From NCBI GenBank assembly GCA_036172245.1, contig JAYWIR010000021.1, forward strand, positions 1,178,001-1,242,000: DNA of 64,000 bases, read 5' to 3'. Positions 47,481 through 59,982 of the stretch are shown in pieces. The translations under genes and the position numbers were made by a program. The stretch comes from Raillietiella orientalis. Its lineage: Eukaryota. The notes under the pieces were generated by a model that saw only the letters and a program-made list of their open reading frames with translations, was not told the DNA's origin and did not search any database. Positions within the stretch are counted from its first letter, which is position 1, and the number at the start of each line of letters is the position of its first letter.

Positions 47481-47550
47481 CACGAACGACAACCCCACCA
47501 CCACCACCACCACAGGCACTTGAAAACCAGACGACCAAAAAAATAAGCTT

Positions 47551-47556
47551 TTTATT
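47551..47556 (-). promoter_or_regulatory. Candidate polyadenylation signal of AGAP
   Basis: AATAAA on minus strand about 35 nt after the stop codon, in AT-rich context. Confidence 0.6.
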
Positions 47557-47589
47557 ATTATAATAAATATCTGATTGATTAAGAGATCA

Positions 47590-47932
47590 TTAAATTACAT
47601 TTACATTGAATTTATCTACACTTCCTGCTTTTCGGGAAACACTGCTTCGGTAACGAGGGAGGGTGCCCGCGGTAGATCCCTCCGTTACGGACAAAAGCAA
47701 ATCCACCAGCTGCGGACATTTGGAGGAGCGTGCGGCCTGCAGGCAGTTATGTCCGTCCGCATCCTGAACTTGTAGGCTGGCGCGATTCCACAACAGGAGC
47801 CGGGTGATGGGTAGTGAACCGAGAGAACAACTGAGGTACAGGGGAGTGCGACTGTCTCGGGAAGACACGGTGCAGTTCACGTGTTCCACCGAGCAGTGAG
47901 CCAACAGACGATACACTGACTTGACGTCTTGT
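47590..47932 (-). CDS. AGAP: AGAP last exon: ankyrin repeats and C-terminus
   Basis: LLAH...[21 protein letters not shown]...DADGHNCL; acceptor CTTTCAG; TAA stop at 47590-47592. Confidence 0.93.
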
Positions 47933-50900
47933 CTGAAAGACGAAATTTCGCTTATCATTTCCAAAAGTGGCGAAGGAACGGTTCTCTTCCATTATCAAGA
48001 CAGCGATCTGGATGAGAACCAGCCGCTCCCAAACGCTGGAAAGATCACTAACCTACTGACAGCATCCAACAGTTGTTGCGACAGAGATCGAGAATCTGGG
48101 GGTAACGGAAGAAGGAACTCCTTTCTCTCGTACTTTGCTTGGATCCAACGTTCTTTCTCTTCCCGAGACGAACCAGGATTGGGCTTTACGCGGCCGCCAA
48201 CGCTGGCTTCCCAAACACTGTTGGCGACGTGGTTTCCTAACGCCATCATCACGCTCAGATGGCCGGGGGGCCACTCATCTAAACCCAGAGATCGTATCCG
48301 AGACACGTGGGAGCCCATCTGGCGATGCACCCCCGAACATTCAATGCACAGCAGCACACCCAGATTCAGGCTTGCCCAATCCGGATTGGCAGCACCGCAG
48401 TCGGCACAGTGCAAATTGCCTTCAACAGAATTGCGCAATCTTTGAAGAGCACTGGCATCACCCCAAGTCTTTTGCGCACTTCCTGCCAGACGAACCTTGT
48501 CACTGGCACATCCCTGCAGTGACCAGGAAATCTGCTGCTCAATGGCACGCACCCATTCATCTCTGTCGTTTTCAGAACAGGATGAGAAATGCCACTGCCT
48601 GTTGTTCAAAGACACAATGCAAAACTCATAACTTTCAGCATCTGACAAGGACTCGTGACTCGACTCTGAACCTGCTGAAAAGCTTATTCGCACCTTCTGC
48701 ATTCTCGTGCCTTCTCAGGGCTGCTGTCCGTCGATGGCGCTTCTTGCTTGCAGAGTGAGTGCTTTCGCTCCGTTGGTCCACCCCGTTCATAATTGACGCA
48801 GCCATCCGGTCGTCTACACTGGAGCAGCCTAACCTCGAAACGGGGGTCCACCTGATCACCTACCCAGTTGCCAGGGATCCGGATACATCCCTTATGTAGC
48901 CAGTCAGTAGGACCTTCTCAGTTCGGCTCTCCTTCATATCAGCTGCACCCTTTCCTCTATAGTAAATCCTTCCCCTCTTAGCAACCCTCACCAATGTTGA
49001 GTTGGCTCAGGCCCTCGGTTGGCAGACCACTGCCCATCTTGATGTACCCTCCTGGATGGATGCCGGGGACTTTGATGGTGGTGTACTGCAGGCAGATTAC
49101 TTTGCCGTGCACATCATTCATGTAATCCTGAGGAGACAACGCATGACCCGCGCGACCACGCACGACCCGTGCTCTGCGTACGTGAATGCTGGGATGGTAC
49201 GTGAGGCGCCCGTCGCCGGTCAAGGTCACGTATTTCTTCTTCCACTCCTTGCTGGGAATGCTCAGGGGCTTGACCGAGTGCTTGAAGAGGTAACCCTGCT
49301 TTATGGGGATGGCGCGTCCGCTTCCCAGTTCGGAACTCTTCACTTTTTTCTCGTCGTCCTTCTTGGCAGAGACTGGAAAAAGATTCGACCGCCGGCGATT
49401 TTTCCGAACTAATGTGGGAGTCGAACTGGGGGTGAGCGGTTGCAATTCTCTTGACGGAACATTCTCAAAGGTGATGGGGAGGGGCAGATCCAAATGCCTC
49501 GAAAACTCGTTTCCAACGGAATGTGCATCATCGATATACTGGTTGCAAGTATTCTAACGGATTACTAAACATTGCACGCAAGCAGCACAGAAGAATTCTC
49601 ACCATAGAATTGAGAGTCATGGAGGAATTGCCTTTATGGAAAACAGACAATCCATTATAAGGATTCGAAAATCTTCCCACCGTGGGGACCACTGGTAAAG
49701 ACGGGGTAGTTATGTACGAAGAAATCCCTTTACTGATTGCATTCGGCGTAGAAGGTTTTACACCTCTGGCTACTAGAGTGCCCAGCTTTTGCTGAATTAC
49801 TTTGGTACATACTGAAAAATCATTACGGTGGAAGAAAAAAAAAGAAGTTGACGCGAACGGAGTGCCTTACTATCTTGGAATACTCTTTCCACGTTCAGTC
49901 CGTACGTTGCACACGTCTCGAAATAAGAGCACTTCTTGAAGTCCGCAGCAAGCTTCTTGGCTTTTATGTCGTCGATAACTCTGGGGTTACTTTCGCTGAT
50001 GGCATCTAACAGAACAAGTGGCTAAAGTGGTGGTTGCAGTGATGAGCGGAATCACTTCAGAAATTCAAAGCACGCCTCCGCCGTACGGTTTCTTCTTACA
50101 TTACGGAATTCAAGGAAAACGGAGTACTTTGCTGAACACGAAACCACGCATGAAAAGGTTCATCTGCAATACCAAACAATGGCAACCCGAATATACCATT
50201 CTACCACAACACGAAATATGCAGGTTTCCCATTCATGTAAGGAAAACGAAAAAAAAAAAAAAGGTGTGGACAGAGGACGTCCGGTTGCCCGCGAATTGAT
50301 TACGTGCAACCGTACACATCGTCATCAACAGACCACACCGATGTACGGTACGCTAACGCTTTCATGGCTCCTCGTTCACGGATTTCCTTGCTTATGCATT
50401 TCCCGCTTGACTTCCTTTCGCTCCACCACGCACGACACCGTTTCTCATCCTCAGGGACGACGTTTTGGCATACCAAAGAAGAGAAAAGCCTAAAGGCAGT
50501 GCGCTTCAGTGACTTCCTGGGCGAAACTCGTGCGTGCGTGCGTGTGTACGTTTCTGCGAAAACGAGGAAACGGCCTCAAAGGTACGGCCTGCAATAGGAA
50601 AAGACCATCGCGTACGAACGACCTCGGACTACACCACGTCAATGCCCTGAAGGTTCACCGCCTCGAAACCCGAGAGGAATCGTACAGGACGAACTCATCC
50701 TCGACGAAACAGCAGAAGATGAGCAGTTGGTCCTTTGGCATCCACTCGATGAAAAGAAATGGGGAATGGGAATTGGAACCGTGAGAGAGCATGCAGCCTC
50801 CATGAAACACCTTGAAGCTACGATGCAAAAAAAGAAGGAAAATGGATTGGACGATGACGACGTGAGAAGGGAAGATGGGAAAAAAAAAAAAAAAAAAACA

Positions 50901-53859
50901 CGTGTTAACAACGAGAGAAGGACTCCCACTTCGTGCACGTATGTGTGCAACTACACTTCTCTCCGGGCAAGAAACGACCACTGCTGGAATCGAAAGCAAT
51001 CAAAAGCTTTGCGAGCGTTTTTTCCGAGACATCCAGAACGTTCCCGAAATCACAACGGGCGGCGGTGCTCGCTGCTCGCTCCAAGCACGACGTGCTCGGA
51101 AATTTAAAGTGAACTGGCAACATCTGGACGGTTGCCCTAGAGGAGCATTCCCGAATCCGCTGAAAAATTCTGAAATTACATCTTCGGAGGTGATGCTGCA
51201 AAAACGAGTCCGCGAGTTTTCCGAATCCCATGTTCCGCGCCGAGGGGCATCGGCGACTGCTGCGTCCCATCCTTCGGACAGAAAAGGGCGATTCCGCTCT
51301 TCAACTTGGGTTCGCCTGACGGAATCGTCACGGGGCCGTTCTCGGCCACGACCAGGCGAAGCCCTTTCTATTTGGCCGTTCTCAACGCAAAACTGGAAGA
51401 TGCAAAATGAAAACGCATCGTTCACCAGCACGTGGCCACTCGGAACTTTCTCGCTTTGTCCCAATCTTGACAGGATTAGCTTCTTCCCATTTGCAGCCGC
51501 CAAGCAGGCATGCCAATACAAAAAAAAAAAAAAATCCTGCGTGCAACTGGGTTTTTGACGAACCACTTTCAAGATTACCAACTGAAAAAAGGACGGATCC
51601 CTTTCCTCTACCACGACGACAGTTTTGCAAAGCCTTAAAAACGAACGCACTTCGCAAACTGCGGGCATCTACGCCTCGATGGGCACTTGCATGCTGCACA
51701 TTCGTAGTGCTTGCAGCCCCCGGGCTTCGGGCAAACAGGGATGGTACGAATTGGCAGCAAGCAAGGTCGATTCCGAAGGGTGTGTTTGACGACTGTCAGC
51801 CAAGGAAGTCAGCTCGCCTCCGTGCTTGCGGGCGCTCGAGATGTTTTACAATGAGGGCATCACATCACAGTGGGACCTGAGCCAGCCAACCAGCGGCTAA
51901 GCTTCAGAAAAAGACGAGCAACCTCTTTCCACAGTCTTCGATAATGCCTTCCGCTGTGGAGCTCTGATTTGTTTTTCCCTCCCCCTTCCCTCCCCCCCCC
52001 CCCCCAAAAAAAAAAGAAGAAGAAGAAAGGAGCCAACGAACGAGTGGACCAGAAAGTGTTTGCCAAAAAACGGAGCACATTCTGGCGTTTGCGATTCCCA
52101 TTTTGCCGAGTGAACATTCTTTCCAAAAGTTCGTGATTTGCCGGTTTCAGCCTTGCCAGGAATCCATCTTGGGCGTGCCAATCCAATCACAAATTTCTCT
52201 TTTACAAGCCTCTTATTTTTCCCGCGATTCGGCAGTCGGAAAGTCTTCTGCGGTATCCAGACAACGACTGCGACTCTGCTAACAGCTTGCGTGATCGGAG
52301 ACCAGCAAGGTTACGAGCCCAGCAACGCAGGAATGCGCAGCTTCAGGAAGGACATCCAGAGAGGGGCCCAACCACCGATATTCGCGCCACGTTCCACAGC
52401 GTCTGCTTGGCCGGCGTTTGCACACTTTCGTATCCGTGTGCCGCACCCGTCCGATCAGGAACGGTACGGAAACAAACGCAACTGACACACAAGGCAGCGA
52501 CACAAAGGCGAAGGTGAACCTGAGGTGAGGCGTGACCGCAGCAAGAGGGAACGAGCAACTCTTCCACCGGAGGAACGACGCGACCCGCCGCACCTCGAAG
52601 AGGATGCAGGACGGAGTTTTCCGGGACGGACGGGATCCTCTTTCACTCGCACCGAACTCTTCCCTGCTGCTGCTTTATCGCTTCTTCACCATGACCTTGG
52701 TGTAAGGAAAGCTCTTCCACTTCAGCGAACGGGGATGAATTCGTCTTTGGCATCGACATGAAAGTTTCTGAAAGCACCCACAGCAGTTTTCGGGCCGGAA
52801 AAGATGGGGAGAGGGACCTCGCCATCAACTGATGGGAAAAACTCAACCTTCTCTGCGGGCCCACGTGTGCGTGTGTATTATACGTACACATCATATATGC
52901 ACAAGCACACATGAACGCGTATGATAGATGGGACAGAATTTCCCACACTGAGATTCTTTCGCTTTTCTCTCTCTCTCTCTCTCTTTTTTTTTTTTTTTTT
53001 TTTTTGAAAGAGAACGCGAAGCAAGAACCAGTCGAGAGAAGACCAAGGTTGCCAGACCGCCCCGCCCATCGCTCCGATTTTAAACTATACAAAAGGCAAT
53101 CGAAACCGAACGTGGGGATACTTGGAGCTCCGATCTCCACACTGTCCTCCTCGAAGCGCAGCTGCTGGGGGAAACCCAGTAGCCGTGGCAACACAGGAGA
53201 TCGGAGATTCATTCGCTGGCCGTCTCGGTGAGCGTCTTGCCCTCAGGAAGCATCGAAGGTAGGATTGGCGCGTGCTCGGGGAGCGCCGACGGAAAGCAGC
53301 CAAAGCGCTTCGTGCAAAAGGCGAGTCGCGTCTGCCTGGCGGGGCGGCTCCGAGAAGTCGGCTCGGGCCGGCCGCCACGGCCGCCCGCTGGCACCGTCCC
53401 CTTTACCCGTCCGAAATACGCATCTTCCATCGAACCCTCGCCACAGCGAAATCCTGCACTGCAGCCACGCGCCACTCGTTTCCCGAGCGGAGCTTCTTCT
53501 TAGAACGTTCTACATTCCGCGGAAGCTCCCAGCTGCCGGAGCCGTCTCGGCAGACGATTCCGAAACGATCCTGCGGCGGCACGAAAGAGAATTCCGATGC
53601 TCTGAAGGAGAAGAAAATTTCAAACTGATCGTGGACGCTGCTAAAGAAGAAGGTCAGGGGAAAGCTCTGCCTGAACCCTTTCGGACACGCTGGAAACACT
53701 TTTCCACGGAAAGAGATTCGATCCAGAAATGGGGTGAGCGACACCTTCCGTTCGGATTTTTGCCTGCCCCTTGCAGTTTACGGAACTGATGAAATCTCAT
53801 CAATACGAAGCTGAAGTTCACAACCTTTTTTTGTTTTTTGTTTTTTTTGTTTTTGGTTT

Positions 53860-53890
<31 letters not shown>

Positions 53891-56800
53891 TCTATCTTAT
53901 CCCGTTAGCTCATTTACCGGCACATCCCGCAGGAAACGAAAGGAATGCTCTGGTTGGGTACCAAACCGTTCCGCCGACAAAAACGCAAACGATGTAATGA
54001 GGATGTCACGGCGCTTGAATCATAGCACCGATCCGATGAAAGGGCTGCTTTCACCGCGTACGCTTTTTCTCCTTGGCTGCCCAGTGCGCCACTCCGAACC
54101 TACGCATTGCCGTGGCAATCATTATTACCAGGCGCTCACGACCAGCCGCAATGTCTCTTCTCTCTTGTTGGTCCGGAAGACGTGAGATGGAGATCGCCGT
54201 TCCGCGGCGCAGCACCGTTCTTCTGTGGCTGTGGTGGCGAACCGCAGCCGAACCCACACACGTCGTCGGGAGTTCAATCGGCAGGCCCGAGGAAACGGTT
54301 GCCGGGAGCGTTCGGGTCCACCACCACCGTCCAGCTGCCACAACCGGAACTTCGGAACAACCCTTTCACGTTTTCCGGAGCAACAAGAGAGAATTGCCTG
54401 GCGTCCTTTCAAGCAAGCAAGGGAGAGAAAGAAGAAAGGAGAGGAAAAACACACACACACACACACACATGCGGAAAGAGGAAAATGAGAATCCAGGGCA
54501 CGCTGGTCACTCTGGACAATTCACTCCGGTTACATCCAGAGTCCACGTCAGCCTACCCGAATTCTGATCACGACACGGGAACCGTGGGAGAAAATCGATG
54601 GTGCCTGTCCCACTCCAAGAAAAAAACGGTACCGCGAACCGAACAAAACTTCCCGAAAAGGAAAAATTCCACGAATGGAATAACCTCAAGTCATTTGTCT
54701 TCGAGCCACAGGAGGAAATGACGGAAGAAAGGAAAGCAAAGCGAGCCACGGCACGGCGAGTCACACGGGAAAAAGCTCCTCGAGGTGGAAATAGAGCTCA
54801 CTCGCTTTATTTACCACACACACGCGTTAAATTCAACAAGTGGCTTACTGGCCACTCCTTCAAAGGTACGACTCGATCCCCCTCCCTGCGATCAATACTT
54901 TTCTTCGAGTCATACCACTGGAGTCATACCTCAACATGAAGCACACTTTACAGAATGGCAGACGGCACCCCTCATTCCTGTGCTTCGGTCAAGCGCATGA
55001 CCCGCTGCTGCACTTCTGCCACACAATCTCCAGAAGAACGAAAACCTCGATGGCCGCTGCAAACAAAAATGCCAACTGGCGCGACAGGGCAGGCAAATGG
55101 GCAGATCGCTCGAGCTACCACTTTCACTTATCACGTACGGTTACGGTTCGTCATAAAGAACCCAAAACGAGATCGATTTTCTGTCATTCTTTCTTTCCTT
55201 TTGGTTCTTTCCCCTCGAAACGCTGGTCCAAGCCGGCGCGTATCGCAGCCAAGAGCATCAGGCGCTTTCGAAAAGTGCCGGTCGAAGCTTTCATCTCCTC
55301 AAATATCAACCAAAGGTCTTGCAATTTGAAACCGAATTCCACGCAAACGGGAAAGAAGTTTCGGGAATGCCTCGGAAGGAGTCGTTCGCACCTGTTGGGA
55401 ACATCCGAGGTCCAATTTTTGCACTTTCCAAGACTGAATCGTTCCCAAAATCTCAATCTCACGCGCGCACCCAAACACACACACACACACCATGCCGTGA
55501 AACAACAACAACAACAAATAAATAAATAAACGGCGCCAGCTACTGCCTTCCCACTGACCGCCGCCGAGAAGCCAACCCAAAGCACCTTCAGGTACACCTT
55601 GGATCGCCAAGAACCACAAAAGATGAATTCCTGCGACTGGGCACCGCAGGGATCACAGGTGAAGAAGAAGAAAGCGGTGGTGCTGTCAACGACAAACAGA
55701 CGTAAATCGCCGGCGGTCAACGAGCACGAGACCAAAGAGCTTTCGTCCTCGTCCGCTCAGAGGCAGCATTGATCTTGATCTTTCAAAGCACGGAGGAGAC
55801 AAGAAGGAGCGAAAAGTGGCGCAGACCCGCAAGGATGTGCTGATTTGTGGGCTCGTAAAAGCTGTGCGTTGAAAAGCTCGGCAGGGACGAAGGCAGGAAT
55901 TCAGCGAGCATGTGCTTGAAGAAAGAAGGGCGCGACGACACTATGTCAAGCCCCCTGGCACCCGAAAGGACCTCGGAGGGTGCCAGCGGATAGGCTCCTT
56001 CGCCGAAAACGGTCCGAAACTTACGAGCGAGAGGAAACTTTCCGTCCTGGGGACGGAAAATTCTCTTCGGCAGGAGTGAGATTTGGAAGGCGGGCAACAA
56101 GGGCAAGCCGAACACTCGGATTTCGATCAGAGTTCTTCCAGCGTTTGCAGAATACATGACCACACGGCGGCTCGTCCCTGCACAATTCAGGAAGTGCAAA
56201 GTGGTGCAGCGCCACTTTGGAGCGAAAGTTGCCGAGCACCTAAAGTTCACATCGTTTCAGTCTGCCCAACCGCGCACTGCACTGCATAGCAAACGAGGAA
56301 AGCTGCCGTGGTAACGATGACACTACGGCGTTCTCGAGTCTGCGTTTGAAAATCCGAAAAGCGGGAACGCAGTGGTCGTCGAACGTCCGGTACTGGTCCT
56401 GGGAGAACCGGAGTGCAGTCCGAAGCCTCAGAGATCTACCAACTGCGAAAGAGACGCGAGTTGCCACGCCTCTTTTAGGGAGCTCCCTCCTTCAGCTTCG
56501 AAAGAGAGGCTCCCAGTGAGCGGGATGAAGGGATCAGTAAGGTGTCCCAGCTCTTCCAGGAAAGGCATTTATGACGTCTTTCCTTAGCTCATTACCCGCC
56601 ACACGGACAGATCGAGAGCCTTACTTCTCACAACAGGCAGCGGAGCATTAAGTGCGGCTGGGTCTGAAGTAGCATTCACGATTTGCGGGATGCAATTGGA
56701 TCAGATGGTGGTTGGCATTCGCGGCGTCACGCATCAACAAGTGTTCCGGGCAGAGGACAGTCACGAAACGATTGAGAAAATGATGACGACCACAACAAAA

Positions 56801-59561
56801 AAAAAAAAAAAAAAATGGCTACTTTCATTGCTTTTCGCGCGCTGCATAATTGGCGGTCCGAAAGAGCTGCTGGAAGAAAAAATCAACTCGAAATTCGGGA
56901 GTGCTGGTGGTGCTGATGCCGCGAAGAGGCTCGGCGGGGGTAAATTTCGTCGGCGCTTTGTAGCATACTTAACGAAAGCGAACTGACCGGACAGCACGCC
57001 AAAATCGGAGACCCCCGCGGCCCTCATACCGTCGGCCGCATGTTTTTCTCACCCCACCTGCACACGAAGCTTTCGCGTCTCGGGACAGCGTGCACTCGCT
57101 GTCACTTCGGAAGCTGCGCGATCGCGAGGAAGACTTTGCTCCTCCTGCCTGTACCGAAACCATGAGGAAGCACCACCGCGAGCGGAACCATATCGAGGGC
57201 AGAGCTGGTGGTACGAAGCGAGCCTTCCCAGCTGTGAATCGGTGCATCGCTTAAGGATTTCACGTCCGATTCGAACAGCATCCCACGCTGGAACGCACGA
57301 ACGAATTCATCACAGACACCGGCACGGCTGACTGAGGAGAACGAGAGCTGCGGAGGATTCCCGCACGAACTCGGCAACGCGGAACCAAACATAATATTAT
57401 TCATCGGAATGGATAGAAGAACGCAGCACGGAAGACGACGTAAGTGGAAGCAGAAAGCGGCGCTGGTGCAGAGACGGTGATGCTTCGGAATGCTTGCGGA
57501 ACACTCCCGATGACTGTTTTTAGATCGAAGCTCATTCCCTGCTGCTGTCATCCCTTGGTCCACGAAACGAAACAGCTAGAATCTGCTTCGCTCCTCCTGT
57601 AAAATCCAAACTGTTTTACAGAAGGTGCTGCGCTGCGCGTGTTGCTCTCAAGGGCTGAAAGTAAAAGAACGGCTGGATGGCAACACGCATCGAGCAGCGA
57701 ATCGGCATCAGCAGGTCAGCGCCTTTTCGAAGGCGACGACGCCGGAAACCGCCAGAGTTTTCCACTGGAGGTTTGCAAACAACTTCAGCTCTGACTAAAA
57801 CAGAAAACGCTATCTCGAGAAACATCGAGTCCGAGGTGGGCAGGGCACTGCATACGGGTGGATTCGCCAAAGGAAGTGATAAGAAAGAAGAAGAAGAACC
57901 TGATGAATTCCATGTTATGTAATTCATGTTATACTCTTCAAAGTCGATGCCCCGCGACAAGTGGGAAGAGGAGCAGCAGCAGCTGACGCCGGCAGATTCG
58001 ACGCAAGCATTTGCAAGCACAAGAAGACAACTGGACACGAGAACAAAGGCGAAGCGAAAGAAAGCCAGGAAACGCAAAGTCCCAGTTCGGGACAAAACCA
58101 CGCACAAAACCGCCATCGGTTTACAAAAGGCGACCAAAGCTGGAAGCTAAATGAGCTGAAAGGGCTCCATTCCATTCTCGGTCAGGTGAAGAAAGTGCCG
58201 ATGAAAATTCTGCCGCAAAAGAGTTACGAAACGGTCTTTCAAAAGTGGTCAACGAAACGCCAGAGGAGTGCAACAGGACTCGGTGAACAAAGCGCGTTGG
58301 AAAATCCCGAAGCAACGGCAACTCAAAGAAGGTTACTCCCTCCCTCCCTCTCTCTCTCTGGAATCCCCGCGCCAAGTCCATCAGAGCGTTTTCAAGAGAT
58401 CTCAGGCGAGCGCGGAAGAGAAACTGGATCAAAAACTATAGCAACAGAGAGTAATAAACGACCTGGAAGGAAACTGACTCTCTCAAACCACTACCTCCGA
58501 AATGATAGGTTCGGAGACTCAAATCGGTACCCCGCTTTGAAGAACGATAAGCTTATTAATGAATTTCCAAAACCTTCCTTCGAAGAACACGCGGCACTTT
58601 TCGCACGTCACCCACGTCGTCGGGGATAATAGCACACAACAAATGCTGCATCGCGTCCACAAATATTTCACTTTGCCTTATGAGAAACCCACGAGAAATC
58701 CTGCGGTCGAAAAAAAATGCCCCGCCGATAACCCTTACGGTGTAAAAAGACGGGCGGATCGACCACCGCCATTATGGATGGACAACTTGGTGGTGGCGGT
58801 GGTGGAGACAACTTTTTGAACACCGACGATCATTTTCCTCGAAAATACGAAAATGCGGACAGAAGCGCCCAAGCGGTGGATAACTGGTGCGAAAGACTTT
58901 TTAAGGAATCACAATTTTCGTCGGTTCGAAGGCCTTCGGGTGGCTGCAGTTCCACGCAAGTTTCACATCCCACGCCATGGAGAAGAAGAAATTGGGGGCT
59001 GTTTTGTCGAGACTTGTTTTTATTCACGTCCACCCACTAATACGGAGGCGTGCCTTTCTGAAAGCACTCTCCTATTATCTCCTGTTTTTTGGTTATCGAT
59101 GCTCCGGCATCAAACTCTTCTATCCTGAATTCTTCAACTCCAAAAAATCCCATCCTCCAAGTGATCACGAAAGGCGCCGTAGCACACAGTACAACAGGAT
59201 TTCAAAATCCCAAATTTACGAAAACGTACTTCTTTGGGAAAAAAAAAAAAAAAAAAAAAATGGCAATTAACAATTTGGAAGAACGGAGGATTCGGTAGGT
59301 CGTCCCACTGCAAAAGCGCTTCCAATTTGGAAACGAACCCATTTGAAATCTAAAATCAGTGTGGACGCCATAATCGAATAACATAAAACAATACATAAAC
59401 AAACAAACAAAATGCTCACCCTGGGTTCCAACTAAAACCAACGGTATATCCGATGGATTGCGATAATGAGACATCTTGGTGTAATAATTGTACACTGTAT
59501 TGAAACTAGCTTCGCTCTCTAAACTAAATACAAATATCACAGCATCCACCCACGTGCAAAA
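47590..59561 (-). CDS. AGAP (CenG1A/cnt-2 family): AGAP / centaurin-gamma family Arf-GAP with GTPase, PH and ankyrin domains; 3' nine exons, 5'-partial. join(59420-59561,49871-50005,49603-49811,49182-49553,48992-49127,48864-48942,48694-48818,48053-48641,47590-47932)
   Basis: Spliced translation gives GTPase-like domain ([50 protein letters not shown]), split PH ([50 protein letters not shown]), ArfGAP zinc finger CADC-x16-CIEC-x4-R and ankyrin repeats. All introns are GT..AG and all phases are compatible (2130 nt including stop). Confidence 0.96.
48053..48641 (-). CDS. AGAP: AGAP exon: PH C-half plus ArfGAP domain
   Basis: [50 protein letters not shown]...[10 protein letters not shown]; acceptor TTGTCAG, donor GTTAGT. 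Confidence 0.97.
48694..48818 (-). CDS. AGAP: AGAP exon: PH insert with basic KKRHRR patch
   Basis: [12 protein letters not shown]...SASKKRHRR; acceptor CTCCAG, donor GTGCGA; 5' boundary less certain. Confidence 0.75.
48864..48942 (-). CDS. AGAP: AGAP small exon in PH insert ([27 protein letters not shown])
   Basis: Only combination I found that keeps frame between flanking exons; acceptor GTGCAG is weak and purine-rich, donor GTAGGT. Confidence 0.65.
48992..49127 (-). CDS. AGAP: AGAP exon: PH domain ([22 protein letters not shown]...)
   Basis: Acceptor CCTCAG, donor GTGAGG; conserved DYM..HGK.I.L..TT.KVPG. Confidence 0.92.
49182..49553 (-). CDS. AGAP: AGAP exon: TPSSTP/RRRSNLF motif and PH N-half
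   Basis: [20 protein letters not shown]...[13 protein letters not shown]...WKKKYVTL...LTYHPS; acceptor CCGTTAG, donor GTACGC. Confidence 0.93.
49603..49811 (-). CDS. AGAP: AGAP exon: linker (ICTKVIQQK...TLNSM)
   Basis: Acceptor TTTTTCAG, donor GTGAG, open frame, phases fit both neighbours. Confidence 0.85.
49871..50005 (-). CDS. AGAP: AGAP exon: end of GTPase-like domain ([13 protein letters not shown]...[14 protein letters not shown])
   Basis: Acceptor TCTGTTAG, donor GTAAGG, 135 nt; absent from the ORF track but highly conserved. Confidence 0.95.
53400..53790 (+). mobile_element. Possible hAT transposase remnant in AGAP intron
   Basis: ILHCSHAPL (cf. CxAHxL) then [12 protein letters not shown] (cf. 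L.....TRW.S) in ORF 53265-53789. Confidence 0.35.
56000..56480 (-). mobile_element. Possible Tc1-like transposase remnant in AGAP intron
   Basis: RDEPPCGH...KRW...[12 protein letters not shown] resembles QDNAPCH...W...SPDLNPIEN with D-x35-E spacing. Confidence 0.45.
58140..58280 (+). mobile_element. Possible mariner transposase C-terminal remnant
   Basis: ELKGLH...[14 protein letters not shown] resembles LKG..F...IP...Y...FQ.W; short. Confidence 0.25.
59420..59561 (-). CDS. AGAP: AGAP exon: GTPase-like domain ([47 protein letters not shown])
   Basis: Acceptor TTCCATTAG, donor GTGAG, 142 nt (phase 0 to 1); typical centaurin-gamma GLD sequence. Confidence 0.95.
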
Positions 59562-59948
59562 CTAATGGAAGAAAAAGCAATTGCATGTATGAGAAGCATA
59601 TACAAAAAAAATCACATATCATAAACAACTTTTGAAATGCAGCAGCCACTGTCCATCAACAACGGGCAAAAACGCTGCAACATTAAAATGAGCGCACACC
59701 GACGACAAAAGCACCGGAAGAATGGGACGTTGGTCAGTTTCGGCAGCTTTCTTATGAGTCTTATGAGGCGAGCACGCAGAAACGGATGCCTCGACACTCG
59801 AAGACGAATCCTCGACGCTCAACTCTTTCGTTCATGCACGGCAGTGTTCAACCACGGAAACATCACTTTTCATTTCGACAGACCCTGGGTCCTTTTCCGA
59901 TGGGCTTTCACAGGACTCCAGTGCGAAGAGCGCCGTCCCTTTGCATCT

Positions 59949-59982
<34 letters not shown>

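Noticed and set aside
57616..58150. Short ORFs in the 9.4-kb intron as a nested gene
   Set aside because: No recognisable domain or consistent splice structure
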